The notes: generated from the sequence alone by a model not told the origin. Positions 50,856-63,237 are shown, numbered from the stretch's first letter. The stretch is DNA of 64,000 nt from Balanoglossus misakiensis (GCA_040954595.2 CM082579.2:12525834-12589833); one strand, 5' to 3'. A program made the numbers and translations.

Positions 50856-53800
50856 GACAGCCGACCAAACGACAAGGGCAACGCGAGGTCGGACAACGGT
50901 ATGCAGCCCCGCCCCCGAAATTTGTAAGACCCCACCATCGACCAGCAAACCGCAACGGCAACAGAGATACTACTTTTTCCCCCAGTTCCAATAAACGACA
51001 GAATGACGACAATGGTTTTAGTCAGAATTTGCGACCGGCGTTCTACGTAAAGACTCGAATCAATGGGTTAGACGTTTGTTCTTTCATTGATAGCGGGTCG
51101 GAAATCACAATAATTTCAAAGCAAGTGTATAATAAGTTACCGGAATCTCGTCGCCCTCCGCTAGCCCCGTCAACTATTCAACCGTCCATGGCCGATGGGC
51201 CTACACGTCTTTTTCTTTACGGGGAGGCCGACTTCAATATTTCGGTGGGTAATAATACGACAGAAATGCATGCATTCGTTGCCGACATTAGTGAAAATGT
51301 AATTCGGGGGGGGGGCGACTACTTACTACAGGGTCAGGCAGAAATTCGTACGCATTCTTTGACGTTGCGATTTCACGACGGAGACGTCCCCTTGTTGGAC
51401 CGGCGGGGAGGAAACCTGACTGCCCGGGTGTCAGTGACACACGACGTCGTCGTGCCTGCCGGTCATGAGGTGGTCATCGCTGGTCATTTATCCCGTCCCA
51501 CCACAGGTAGTATTTGTGGTGTTGTCGAGCCAACACGAGGTAATCTGGCGGCGAAACACGGTGTTGTCGTCGGAAGAATTTTAGTCAGTACCGCCAACAG
51601 AAACGTGCCATTGCGATTATTGAACGTCAGCGAAAATGACCACTTCATTCGGCGCGGTACGTTGGTCGCCGTAACTACCAGCGCCGATACAACAATTCTT
51701 CCCCAACCTGTGGATCCAGCGATTGGTAACCCTAAGAACGAATTCTCCACCCCACCTAAACCGATACCGACGCATCTGGAAGATATATATAAGGAAAGTC
51801 TCGAGACAGTGGGAAAATCGAATGCGGGGAAAATTGCCGACTTTCTCTGCAAATGGGAGAATATTTTCTCCACAGATAAAAGCGACGTCGGCCGGAGCAA
51901 CATAACGAAACATCATATTTCAACTGGCGATCATCCACCGCTCAGACAACAACCCCGACGACAATCCCCCTGGACTCGGGAAGAGACGACCAAATTAGTG
52001 AATGAGATGCTTCGTAGTGACGTAATCGAGCCATCTCACAGTCCCTGGGCTGCTCCGATTGTTCTAGTGCGTAAATCGGACGGTAGCTCTCGGTTCTGTG
52101 TAGACTACCGCCGTCTTAACGACATCACGAAAAAGGACGCATACGCCATACCACGAATCGAAGACAGTGTCAACACACTTGCCGGAGCTTGCTGGTTCAC
52201 AACGCTCGACCTCACCAGTGGCTTTTGGCAGGTGGCACTCGACGACGATGCCAAAGAAAAGACTGCCTTCACAACATGGAACGGCCTGTTTCAGAGGAAG
52301 GTGATGCCGTTCGGACTTTGCAACGCGCCGGCGACTTTTCAACGTCCGATGGAGTACGCACTGGCAGGGTTACAATGGGAGATCCTGCTGTTGTATTTAG
52401 ACGATATCATCGTTTTCGCCTCTTCCCTCGACCAAATGTTAGAACGACTAGACATGGTATTCCATCGTTTGCAGACAGCCGGCTTAAAGTTGAAACCCAG
52501 TAAATGCAAATTGTTTCAGAAACAAGTCGACTATTTAGGCCATCGCGTTTCCGCCGCCGGAATCGAAACGAGCCCCAAAAAGGTCGAAGCCGTCAAGTTT
52601 TGGCCCACACCGACAAACGTGCATGAAGTTCGCGCATTCTTAGGCATTGCGTCTTACTATCGCCGGTTCGTCCACAACTTTTCAATCATCGCGAGACCCC
52701 TTACCAGGCTAACCGAGAAAAACCAACCCTTCTTCTGGGACAACGAATGCGACTGCGCCTTCAACACTCTCAAAGGAAAGCTCATAAGTGCGCCCGTGTT
52801 AGCCTATCCAATCCCCGGTGCTCCCCTTATCCTCGACACCGACGCTAGTAAGTTTGGGATAGGCGGCGTCCTCTCACAAATCGAAAACGGCGTTGAACGA
52901 GTCATCAGCTTTGCCAGCCGGAGTCTATCGAAAGCCGAGCGGAACTACTGTGTTACGCGGAAAGAATTACTCGCATCTGTCCACTTCATGAAACACTTTC
53001 GCCCATATTTATACGGTCAGCCCTTCACACTTCGAACAGACCACGCCTCTCTCCGATGGCTTGTCAACTTCAAGGAACCTGAAGGACAACTGGCTCGTTG
53101 GCTCGAAGTTATAAGTTAATTCGACTACAAAATAATACATCGACCGGGAAAGAAACATCAGAATGCAGACGGCCTGTCAAGGAGGCCGTACCGACAGTGT
53201 GGACGAGCCTACCCCAGCGATAGGCCTGCCGACCGAGAGAACGCACCAACGTTAGCGAAGGTGACGGTGCCAGGTTACCAATCGACAGCAACACAGACCG
53301 AGACCGACCCAGCGAACACAAACTCATCATCAACCGGGGACCTGCCAACGTCGACGTCAACCGGACCCGAAACCGAGCGTCGTAGATTAAGGTGTCCTGA
53401 TGCCGACGGCGACCCGGAAGAGAAAACGACAAATGCGATTGGCCTACAACTACGTTATGACAACGAAACACTGCGAAAACTACAACTAGATGATCCCGAC
53501 GTTGGCCCAATATTACGACTGAAGGAAGGTGACGATACGCGCCCAGACTGGCAAACGGTATCCCCTTCCAGTTCGGCAGTAAAGGCATATTGGGGTTCGT
53601 GGGATTTGCTAGAAATTCACGACGGCGTACTTTATCGGCGATGGATATCCAGCCGAGACGATACCCACCGATTACTACTGATTCCCCCGTGCTCACTCAA
53701 AGATGAAATATTCGACGAGTTACCGTCGGCCAAAACTGCAGCTCATTTTGGTGTTTTTAAGACAAAACGGAAAATTCTCCAACGGTATTATTGGTATGGT

Positions 53801-54393
53801 GCGACGAACGACATTAGGGCGATGATCAGACGATGCGACGTATGTGCTGCTAGAAAGAGCCATGGACGAAAACGTCGTGGACGGCTTCAACAGTACGTCG
53901 TCGGATCCCCTCTTGATCGAGTGGCATTCGATATAATCGGCCCCTTTCCTATCACTGAACGCAACAACTGGTGAATTTTGGTCATCGACGATTATTTCAC
54001 CAAGTGGGTAGAGGCGTACCACATCCCTAACCAAGAGGCTACGGCACACCACGTCAACTTCATTCCGACCAAGGTGCAAACTTCGAGTCACGGGTTATGT
54101 CAGAAGTATGTCGGCTGCTAGGCATTAAGAAAACCCGCACAGCGCCCTACAACCCAAAGAGTGATGGATACGTCGAACGGTTCATGAGGACAATTTCGCA
54201 GTCAGTCTCAATCTTGGTCGACCCCGACCAATCCGATTGGGATCTTGTGGTCCCGTACGCGATCATGGCGTACCGAAGTAGCGTCCAGGCGAGTACGTCG
54301 GAAACACCGGCGTTGTTGATGCTCGGTAGAGAAGTCGCACTACCAATATATTTACTGCACGGCCCCACACCCGAACCCGACCAGAACGAGAAT

Positions 54394-54931
54394 TAAGCAA
54401 TAACCCCCGCCGCAGGCGGGTATACACGAGATTTTGGTACAATTCGAGACATATAGCACGAGCCGTCAGGCGAGTGCTATATGGAGCGAATTGTACCCAA
54501 ATCGAGTGTATACCCGACTGAGGAGGAGGTTATTGCTATTATATTATATCAACAGTTCTTTTTGTGGCAAATCAGTGTCATTTTCTTACCGAAACGGCGT
54601 CAGAAAGAGAAATTACGATCGTGAACCAACATGGCGACGGTGAATGTAAACACGTGCGGCCCGGGATCGAGCATTAAACATTAAGCAAACGCCAAAAAGT
54701 GACAAAAGTGCAAAATATTCAGAGCAGAGCAGTTCCAAAATAAAACATCCGTAAATTCAAGTGTTTTTATGTTATTCATTTGGTTTAATCCCGCGCGACT
54801 GTGGTATAACCGCACATTTTCCCTGCTGCATGCTAGTTCAGGGGCCCGTTTTACCACTGCCAGCAGTGGTAAAACAGTATTTTACCATAGCTCTCGTCCA
54901 ATCAGAATCGCGGACGGTAGCATGATATAAT
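54394..54931 (+). mobile_element. Non-autonomous hairpin-ended (Crypton-like) element, copy 2, inserted in the integrase
   Basis: TAAGCAATAACCCCCGCC hairpin ... GCATGATATAAT. Removal restores DQNEN|TDYALQLRKRMQLAH. Only AAT is shared at the junctions. Confidence 0.9.
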
Positions 54932-56813
54932 ACAGATTATGCACTACAACTCCGTAAGAGGATGCAACTGGCGCACGAGCGCGCCCGCCTTGCACTGAAA
55001 AAGAGTGCGGTTACACAGAAGCGAGAATACGACAATCGTGCATCAGGATCTCCACTTGAAGTTGGCCAGTTCGTCTGGCTTCACATCGAGGCGTTCAAAA
55101 AGGGGACCTCGAGAAAGTTAGCAGCCCGCCGGTGGGACGGCCCCTACCTCATCACTGATAAATTGTCCGATGTGCTATTCAGAATTCAACGTGGTAGAAA
55201 TTACCGACCAAGAGTGATACACTACGATCGCCTAAAACCTTATACGGGTAACGACGGCGTCGACTGGCGGGACAAACAGCGAATTATCACGGCTACCGAA
55301 AACAGTGAAAATGATAGAAGCGAACCGGGTGACTGTGTTCACCGCTCGTCCCCACCGCGGCAACGTTCACGCGCCTACCGGCGTTCGAACATGAGCCGCC
55401 ACTGGCTATATCCACAGAGACAACGGCAACCGCCCCAGCGCTACGGTGATTGGTCATATTGTCCCGGCAACGACAGCGTGTAGCCGCAGAGGATACGACG
55501 GGTATCACGGGAGAATCGCACGCTCCCCAGAGTTTGGCATCTCTGCCCAGTGTAGCCAGGAACAAGAGTGCGGGAGGAAGGACGCCGTCGAGCGATATAC
55601 CTGATATATTAGAATTTAGATGGGAACCTGCCGATAGTATCATATGCCGTATGTACCGGCGATGATATGCTGTCTTCAAAATTATTTCGACTGTCCAGAA
55701 GGTAAGCACGTCGAATTTTGTGCTTTCTACATGAATTCACCATTGGCGAAAACTTCTCTTTTTCTGTTTGGATTGAGGATCATCGGCACTCCGCTGGCCG
55801 TGAAAAAACGTCCAATCAGTGCACGACTTGCGTGGATTTCTTAGACGACCAACGGCAATCCTCCGTTCCGTCACGGTTAATTTGGGGGGGGGGGGTTGGA
55901 CCAAGCTTGGTTCGCTACGTTGAGAACAGTATAAATAGGGCAGCAATGAACGTCGCTCTTCTCACCCGATCCGGCAAGCGCAGAAACTATTAAACCACAA
56001 GAGATGAATTCCTTCAGGCGGGACCAGGCAGGGAGGCGAATTTGTGTTAGGTGTGGTTGTGTGTTCGAGCACTCGTTCGAGTACAACGAACACCCGTGCG
56101 TCGCCAACCGAAACACCGGCAGCGTAGCTACCAGTACCGTGTCCGTCGCCGAGGCAGATCCAGCCCCATCCGCAGATTCCACACGGCGCCGACCGTCAAC
56201 ACCCCAACCCATCCGTCATGGTGATGTATTCGCCCCACTCGATCTCAATCGGGTGGAGAGAGTGGAGGACTCTCACACCCACCGCCTATACTCCCATGGA
56301 GTCATCAAACCGGAGACAAATAACAAGCGAACCTACTATCTGCTGAATCCGACCACAGCATCAACGACAACGTCCAGTCCACCTGTGGAGCCGTGGACGT
56401 TCTGCAGCTGCCGGCGGCAGCGACCGTCTCCTCCTGCGCCCGTACAGTAGTCGTTCAGCAAGGGACCAACAAGCCACCTGCCAACACCCCGGGGACCCAG
56501 ACCAAGAAGAGAAGGAGGGGAGCCCCATCAGCAAAGAAGGGAACTACCAGCCATGCCAGAACCAGCACCGCCGGTCGACCAAGATTACAGCTACTAGAGC
56601 TTAGCCCCGAAGACGAAGAGAACTTAAATCTGCCGCCGCGGACACCAGGGAGAGACGACGAGTAAAGTTACTATTGAACTCTTTTTTTCTTGAACATTTT
56701 ATGCATTTTTCTTATCTCATTGTAAAGCTGTACGGGGTGGGGTGTCCCTTCCCTTAAAAATATTTTTGCGATTCAACTTTTTTCTTGTACAATAGTCGGA
56801 ACTTTATTGTCTT

Positions 56814-56822
56814 AGAGGGGGG
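56814..56822 (+). promoter_or_regulatory. Polypurine tract
   Basis: AGAGGGGGG, 3 nt upstream of the 3' LTR. Confidence 0.8.
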
Positions 56823-56825
56823 TAA

Positions 56826-57391
56826 TGTAGAGGTTTAACGAGGCCCATTTTACGTTTCTAAATGCCTTTGCGGTTTTTGTAATTACTCAGCCGGCGCGGC
56901 ACACGCGCCAAAACCGATTAGCCTGTTACTACGCACGTTCAGTTTTCATTCAATGTTTGCCTTTGGTTGTTTAGCAACGACGACTTCGAGCGACAGCTGT
57001 CAATCATTTATTTAGCTACTTTTCTTGGCGTGAAGCCGACATGATATGTAAATTTTTGGTGCTTTCTCCGACGTCCGATATGCAAATTAGCTTTTCTAAT
57101 TTTGAATCCGACCCGAGGGTATATAAGTAGCGATTCCCTTTAAAAACGGGGTCGCTGAAGGGGTTTTATTACCGAGGCCACACCAGCAACATTTAAAAAG
57201 GTACAGCTCTTCATTTTACGCAGAATTATTGATCGTTTTTCGTGTTCACAGTTAATAAATACGCCACGTTGGCTTCTACACTTTATTATTTTGTCCTTGT
57301 GCACTCTATCACTCGGGTGTAAGGTCGTTACCCTTACTGATCACCCGACCAGTCTCAACGTAATAATAACAACGAAGGAAAAATCTCGACA
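56826..57391 (+). repeat. 3' LTR
   Basis: Same length as the 5' LTR, about 7 substitutions by eye, followed by TSD CAAG. Confidence 0.97.
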
Positions 57392-57714
57392 CAAGTACTT
57401 TGTCTTTTCATGCTTTTGCTCCGGGTTTTCTATACCCCATGTTTATCACTCTGTAAAACGAAATTCTGTTGGCTAAAAAATTTGCCCGCTGGCATATCGA
57501 TTCTTTGACCCCGAAGCAACAAGTTTACCATTGCGATTGGATTTTCACCGTTGTTTTGAGGTTTGAGGCCGTCGTGAATCACGGCGTGGCCATGGCTCCA
57601 GCGAAGCACGAAGACCTTTCTCCAGGAATCACATCAGGTAGTGATACCGCAAAATGGGGACTTTTGGCGTCGATTTTGTTAGTCTTTGCGGTGATAGGCG
57701 TCGGACATCGGAAC

Positions 57715-60700
57715 ATGGGTGGACGATATACACACAAGTGCGCCAATCCGTACCATGAAGCATGGACAAGGCATCTGCGCTTACAGAACCCTCGCTTCGC
57801 CCAGTACGTAAACAAAGACCCATTAGGGATGTGTTTCAACATGGAGGTGTAACTTCATGGTTTCAACATATGGGGGCTCGTGGACCCAAATTCTGTACGG
57901 ACTGTGTTACACTGGCGCCCAAGAAACGTGAATTTACAGCATATATGACAAGGGATGACTTCTTGCTGCTGACAGCTAAGGTATGTGCACACTCTTTCCA
58001 CTTCCGGGTTTTTAATTTCGCGTAGTGTTCACGCCAGGGTTATGCTATTGTATTGTTATTTTGTTCATGACAATTGAACTACAGGCACATGACAAGAATA
58101 TTGCCAAATCCCTCTATGCTTCGATCTCTTCCTAAATTTAATTATATGAACAGATAAATATGTTTAGTTAGATATAATTTAATCATATGAACAGATAAAT
58201 ATGTTTAGTTAGATACAGTAGGTACACACATTCACGATTGAACTTGTTCATCTTACATTGTCTGAAATGCTTTCATGATTTCCAGGATTCACACCGTTCT
58301 AGACTAAAAAGGAAACAAGATATCAACTATAGCCCCAGCCCATCTAAAGGTGCACCAAGGTCGAAAGTCATGGCAACTCCAGGAAATGTGAAAAAATCAA
58401 CCCTTTAGTGTTGGAAATGAGTACTCAGAGACACCATCCACTGTACAGAACACAGTAAGTGAGAACGTGAACACTGATCAGAACACAATTCTCATGCTCA
58501 GAAACAAGGTTGAACAATTAGAAAAAACACTGCGGCTTGTTCAAGAAGAGAGAGACACACTGAAGGAAACAATCCAAAGCCAGTATGACACACAGGAGAA
58601 ACGCACAACAGCCATCAAGAAAATATCACAATTTGAAAATGAAAACATATTTGAACCCACCATGCATCTGAGTGAAAAAACAACACAAACACCACAGGGT
58701 CTTTTGTCACAAAACATCAGTGACATTTTAGACAACCGAAACCCTGTTTTAATGGCTGCGCTGGATGGGTTTTGTGCAAAAAAATGAAAGCACACAGTCA
58801 TCGTCTTAAAAGTAAAGTAAGAAAACTTGTTGCTACTGAATGTGTATATAGTAGCAGAAATTTGAACTACATTAGTGACTTTCTGCAACTGGTTCAGTCA
58901 GTTGTTTATTCATTAAGTCAGAGTGAGTCTGTTGTAGATATCATAGGCCATGTTATTCCTGGGGGAGCTATGATACTGTATTTTCAATGTTGTCAGATCT
59001 CACCATTGAAGAAAGAGATGCTCCCCCCGGACTCCTTGAATATGCCTTTGATAATGAGCAAAGGTTGATGAAAACCAGGTACAGCAGAAATGGTAACAAA
59101 CAGGTATTAGAAATATTAACTAACACAATTGTTGTTCAGTTGAATTCTGAATGTAACATTCAAGAAGATGTCAATTTTAAGCCTGGAAACTTCAAGTCAC
59201 CACCTTTGGAAAATGTAGAAAAAATAAGTGAGCTAACGTCTGAAATGAGACATATGTATGAGGGAGAACTAATTTAAAGCTCTTTGTATGTGAAAGACTT
59301 GATACGCAAATATCAAGTATTTTTGATCCAGTAGAAAGTGAAATGTCCAAAAACAAAGACCAAGCTCAATTCAATGTATGCCCAAAGCCTGAATGTTGCC
59401 ATAAGAATCCCAAGACCAAAAAGAAATGTGAAAAATGTGGTGTTTGGATTGCAAGAGAAAGAAAAGCACAAAAGAATAGTGGCAATGCATTATATACTAG
59501 AGTAGAAAAGAAACCTAAAATTAAGACTGGGCTGGTTTTACATAACTACAAACCTGTTGCAAACAGTAATTCAAAAATCTGTGAAGAAATACATTTGAAT
59601 AAAGTTCCAACACCAAGCATTTCTCTTATCGCACCAGTGTTCGTAAACCCAAGCAGTTATGAGGCAATAAAAATTGTTCTCAGGGCAATTGGTAAACATG
59701 CTGGCATTAAGGGTTACAATGCAAACTTCTGCCATTACCTACGTGGGAATTATCTCAACTCATTTTTCTTCCGCCCCATTTGTGATCAGGATATAATCAC
59801 TGAAATTGGACGGCTCGACCCAAAAAATCAGTAGGACATGACAAGGTTCACCCAAAAGTTTTCAAACATGCTGCTAACGTTATTGCCAACCCCCTTGCTC
59901 ATATTATTAATTGTTCACTTACCCATGGTATTTTCCCGATCAACTGAAAATAGCGAAAGTGACCCCTGTGTACAAAAAAGGTTCTGCATCCGAAGCCTGC
60001 AACTATCGCTCCATTTCCATTCTTCCAATTTTTAGCAAAGTTTTTGAGTCAATTGTCATTAAGCAGCTTATCAACTACCTAGAGAAACATGGCATTCTTT
60101 CACACTGTCAATATGGTTTTCGTAAGAAGCACAGCACAAAACTTGCCATCGCCGACATTATTTCTGACATAGCTGAAAAACTCGACAATGGCCTGATTAC
60201 CTTCGGTATTTTCATTGATCTGTGGAAAGCATTTGATACTTTGAACCACAACATTCTTCTCCATAAGCTGGAACACTATGGAATTAGAGGTTAACCGCTT
60301 TTATGGTTTAAGAGTTATCTTGCAGATCGTCAGCAAACAGTTTCCATTGGTGACAAGTCCTCTTCATACAAACCTATTCAATGTGGAGTCCCACAAGGTT
60401 CCATTTTAGGGCCTATTCTCTTCCTATTGTACATCAATGATATTTTTCATTCAACTAGTAGTTTTGATTTCAGACTCTTTGCTGATGACACCAGCTTATT
60501 TAAAATTTAAATATCTTAATAGTTCCGCATAGATATTACTGATATTGATATTGATTTTCAAAAGGTTTGTCTCTGGTGCAAGGCAAACAAGTTAACTATT
60601 AATTCAGAAAAAAACTAATTTCATGATAATTAAGTCAGCCAGGAAACCCATAAATACTTTGGGTAATTTGAGTATGGATGGATCCATAATAGATTGTGTT

Positions 60701-62835
60701 TTATCTACCAACTACTTAGGTTTGTCAAATGATCACAACATGACTTGGAAAACCCACATAGAGAAAGTCACCAATTCAATCGCCCCATTAGTAGGCATTA
60801 TTTCCAAAATTCGTTACATTGTTCCCAGGTCTACACTTATTCTCATCTACAATTCCCTGATTTTACCTCGTATCTGCTATTGCATTGAGGTATGGGGCAA
60901 CACATATTCTACCTTTCTACAACCAATACTCAACCTGCAAAAAAAAATAGTACGTCTTGTCACCTTTTCGGACCCTTGTACACACTCAGCTCCCCTCTTC
61001 CGACAGCTCAATATTCTTGATATCCACAAGCAATGTAAATTAAGCACCTGTTTACTGGTTTTTGACTTAAAGAATAGTCGTTTTATACACAATGTACATC
61101 ACTTCTTCGACCAACTGCCTCATGATTATCCAACACGTCTTGCAACAAATGACAATTTTTTTATTCCAAAAGTAAATCTTTCCATAATTCAACATAGTCT
61201 CAAATATGCTGCCACCAAACACTGGAATTCGCTGCCAGACAAAATGAAACAACTCCACAATAGAACTGCCTTTAATATGCAGTTAAGGGAACACCTTCTT
61301 TCAAGTACTTGATCTGTACCGCAGTCTTTTCAGCCTGCCCTGTCACCTTACTGTTGGTTTTTCTTTCTTGACCAGTACTTTCTTTAATAGTTTTTTGTTT
61401 TGTTTTTTCGTCAGTCTCACATATTGTATAATATTTACTTACCTGATACTTTGGTGCCGCAAACTCGACTAGTTCTTAGGAACTATTTTTTGTGGCTCCT
61501 GCCAGAAATTGTCTTTATTTTCTAATTGTACTCTACAATTTTGATGTAAATGCTTCCTTTCATTTCATTTTTTGGCAAATAAATTATTATTATTATAAAG
61601 ATAATGGCAATAGGGAATGGGCAATAGTGTGATGTGATGGGCTGCCCTATGGTTTGGTGAGGAAGGTAATTGCAGAGAGAAATTGGGAGTTTGATTGGGT
61701 ATTACTTCGAACAGGGTTGGGCAATGAAGAAATGAACATGCTGAAGGCATTTGTTAATCTTTATTGGGTGGTCATTTATGAAGAATTTGCAAAATCTCAG
61801 GGCTTTGTTTCTGAGAAATCACTGCAGTTCTGCAAATCATGTGGGGACCATCATCTGGCCTTTGACAACTTCTTAAAAATTTGTGATGGTGTAGTAGATG
61901 AGCTTGTGCACTTCTTTCTAATCCAAACCAACAGAGGGAATGTTACACCAGAAGCCTTTCTGGCATGGGTTGAGTCTCACAAGCATGTTTATACTGACAA
62001 ACCTTCTGCCACACTGCATGGCCATCAAATTATTCCGCAAACGTGTACGCACCAATAACACATGTTTGATCCAAGCAGGACGCAGGCTATTCATGCCAAT
62101 CTGGTTTGGTAGAAATCACACAAAATACCAACTAATTCAATCCTGGGATGAGTTTGATAGAATGAAGTACCCACCTGAATTGTGAGAAATTCTAGAGAAG
62201 TATGAATCACTTTCTAGGTCAGGTATTCTGAGTGCTCATCAGGGTACTGATATTGTATTGGAAAGATTTAACAAGGATGTGAAAAAGTGGATTGTAGGTC
62301 AGGCAATTTATAAAACCTGGGAAAAAGTTATTGCTAATCACATGACACCTTGCGCCAATTGCGTTAAAAGTTGCAGAATGATCTCCATCTTCCAAACACT
62401 GAAAAACGGCAACATCGCTATCAAAGCTATGAAAATGAGTTGACAAAATGTAATGTTGTTCTTCGGGATGCACAGTATTTCAAACCAACTCCAGGAAGAC
62501 ACCTTGTCTCAGTAACTGGCCGTAAACTCTCTCAAGATCTCATGAATCTGTGCACAACAGGAAAGGTTAAACAGAGAGACATGATCAGAAATTATTTTAT
62601 TGAAAACATCTATCCAGGGAGGAGACCCTTATGTCCACCTGTCTATGTTACCCCAGAGGAGAAAGAGTATTATGAATCTGATCAAAGGAAAACAAAACAA
62701 CAATTATTAGACGAAATGGAGGTACTTCATTCTATCATGCCACAGTGTTACATTGAAAATGTCAAGAAACACTCTCTAACAAAGTCAGAAATACTCAGCA
62801 TTCTGAAAGACCTGCGAAGTATTATTGAAATTTAA
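57715..62835 (+). pseudogene. Large intron-containing Academ-like (DUF6589-related) DDE transposase pseudogene, split by a LINE
   Basis: Intron 57981-58285 (GT..AG), coiled coil, FDNEQ, CPKPEC..CEKC finger, PVFVNPSS..AGIKGY|NGNREW..CDGLPY, GLGNEEMNMLK, CGDHH, GRNHTKY, HQGTDIVLERFNKDVK. Many frameshifts. Confidence 0.55.
59722..61602 (+). mobile_element. 5'-truncated CR1/L2-group LINE (RT domain, 3' UTR, (ATT)n tail)
   Basis: FPDQLKIAKVTPVYKKG, NYRSISIL, QYGFR, FIDLWKAFD, GVPQGSILGP, LFADDT and C-terminal Y.TR..W.SLP; AATAAA followed by ATTATTATT; stops present. Confidence 0.9.
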
Positions 62836-63140
62836 TTGGAAACACCTTGTTTCATAGTTTCTGAGTAGTTGTAATTTTTTTTCTTTTTCTTGTCTGCGAG
62901 GTTACCAGAAGCCTTGGTTTGATTCAACTTGTTTGCAATAATACTTCACCAATTTACATATGACTACCCATTTTAGTATTTGCCAGTCAGGTAACTTGTC
63001 AAAGCAGTATTTCTCAGGAAATGGATAACATTGATTTACATCCTTGATTGTTTCAAGATTGCAGTGCCATTACCTTTGACACTGTCCTTACTGTCAAGAG
63101 AATACCATTTGAGATACAAAATTACAGACAACTCTGAAAA

Positions 63141-63141
<1 letters not shown>

Positions 63142-63233
<92 letters not shown>
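63142..63233. repeat. (TA)n microsatellite
   Basis: Uninterrupted TA run. Confidence 0.98.

Positions 63234-63237
<4 letters not shown>

Larger units (their letters stand above)
45613..50927 (+). pseudogene. Gypsy gag, split by two DNA-transposon insertions
   Basis: Removing 45848-47063 and 48159-50663 (plus one TSD each) restores one frame: MSAPDD..GSAAP|KQNSP..PDRFDG..WEDY..F..NGW..IDEA|TPYNG..CFLCGEKGHLRRSC..PRNL*. Confidence 0.9.
50849..55483 (+). pseudogene. Gypsy pol (PR-RT-RNaseH-IN) with stops, a deletion and one insertion
   Basis: Protease FIDSGSEITII; RT SPWAAPIVLV..RFCVDYR..MPFGLCNAP..YLDDII; RNase H LDTDAS..NYCVTRKELL..TDH; integrase HHCC-like region, VAFDIIGP, HSDQGANFES and SDGYVERF; RWDGPY tail. 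Stops at 53117 and 53972. Confidence 0.95.
44938..57391 (+). mobile_element. Full-length Ty3/Gypsy LTR retrotransposon, inactivated, with four nested insertions
   Basis: Two 566-bp TG...CA LTRs, 4-bp TSD CAAG, PBS, PPT, and gag plus PR-RT-RH-IN order. Confidence 0.97.
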
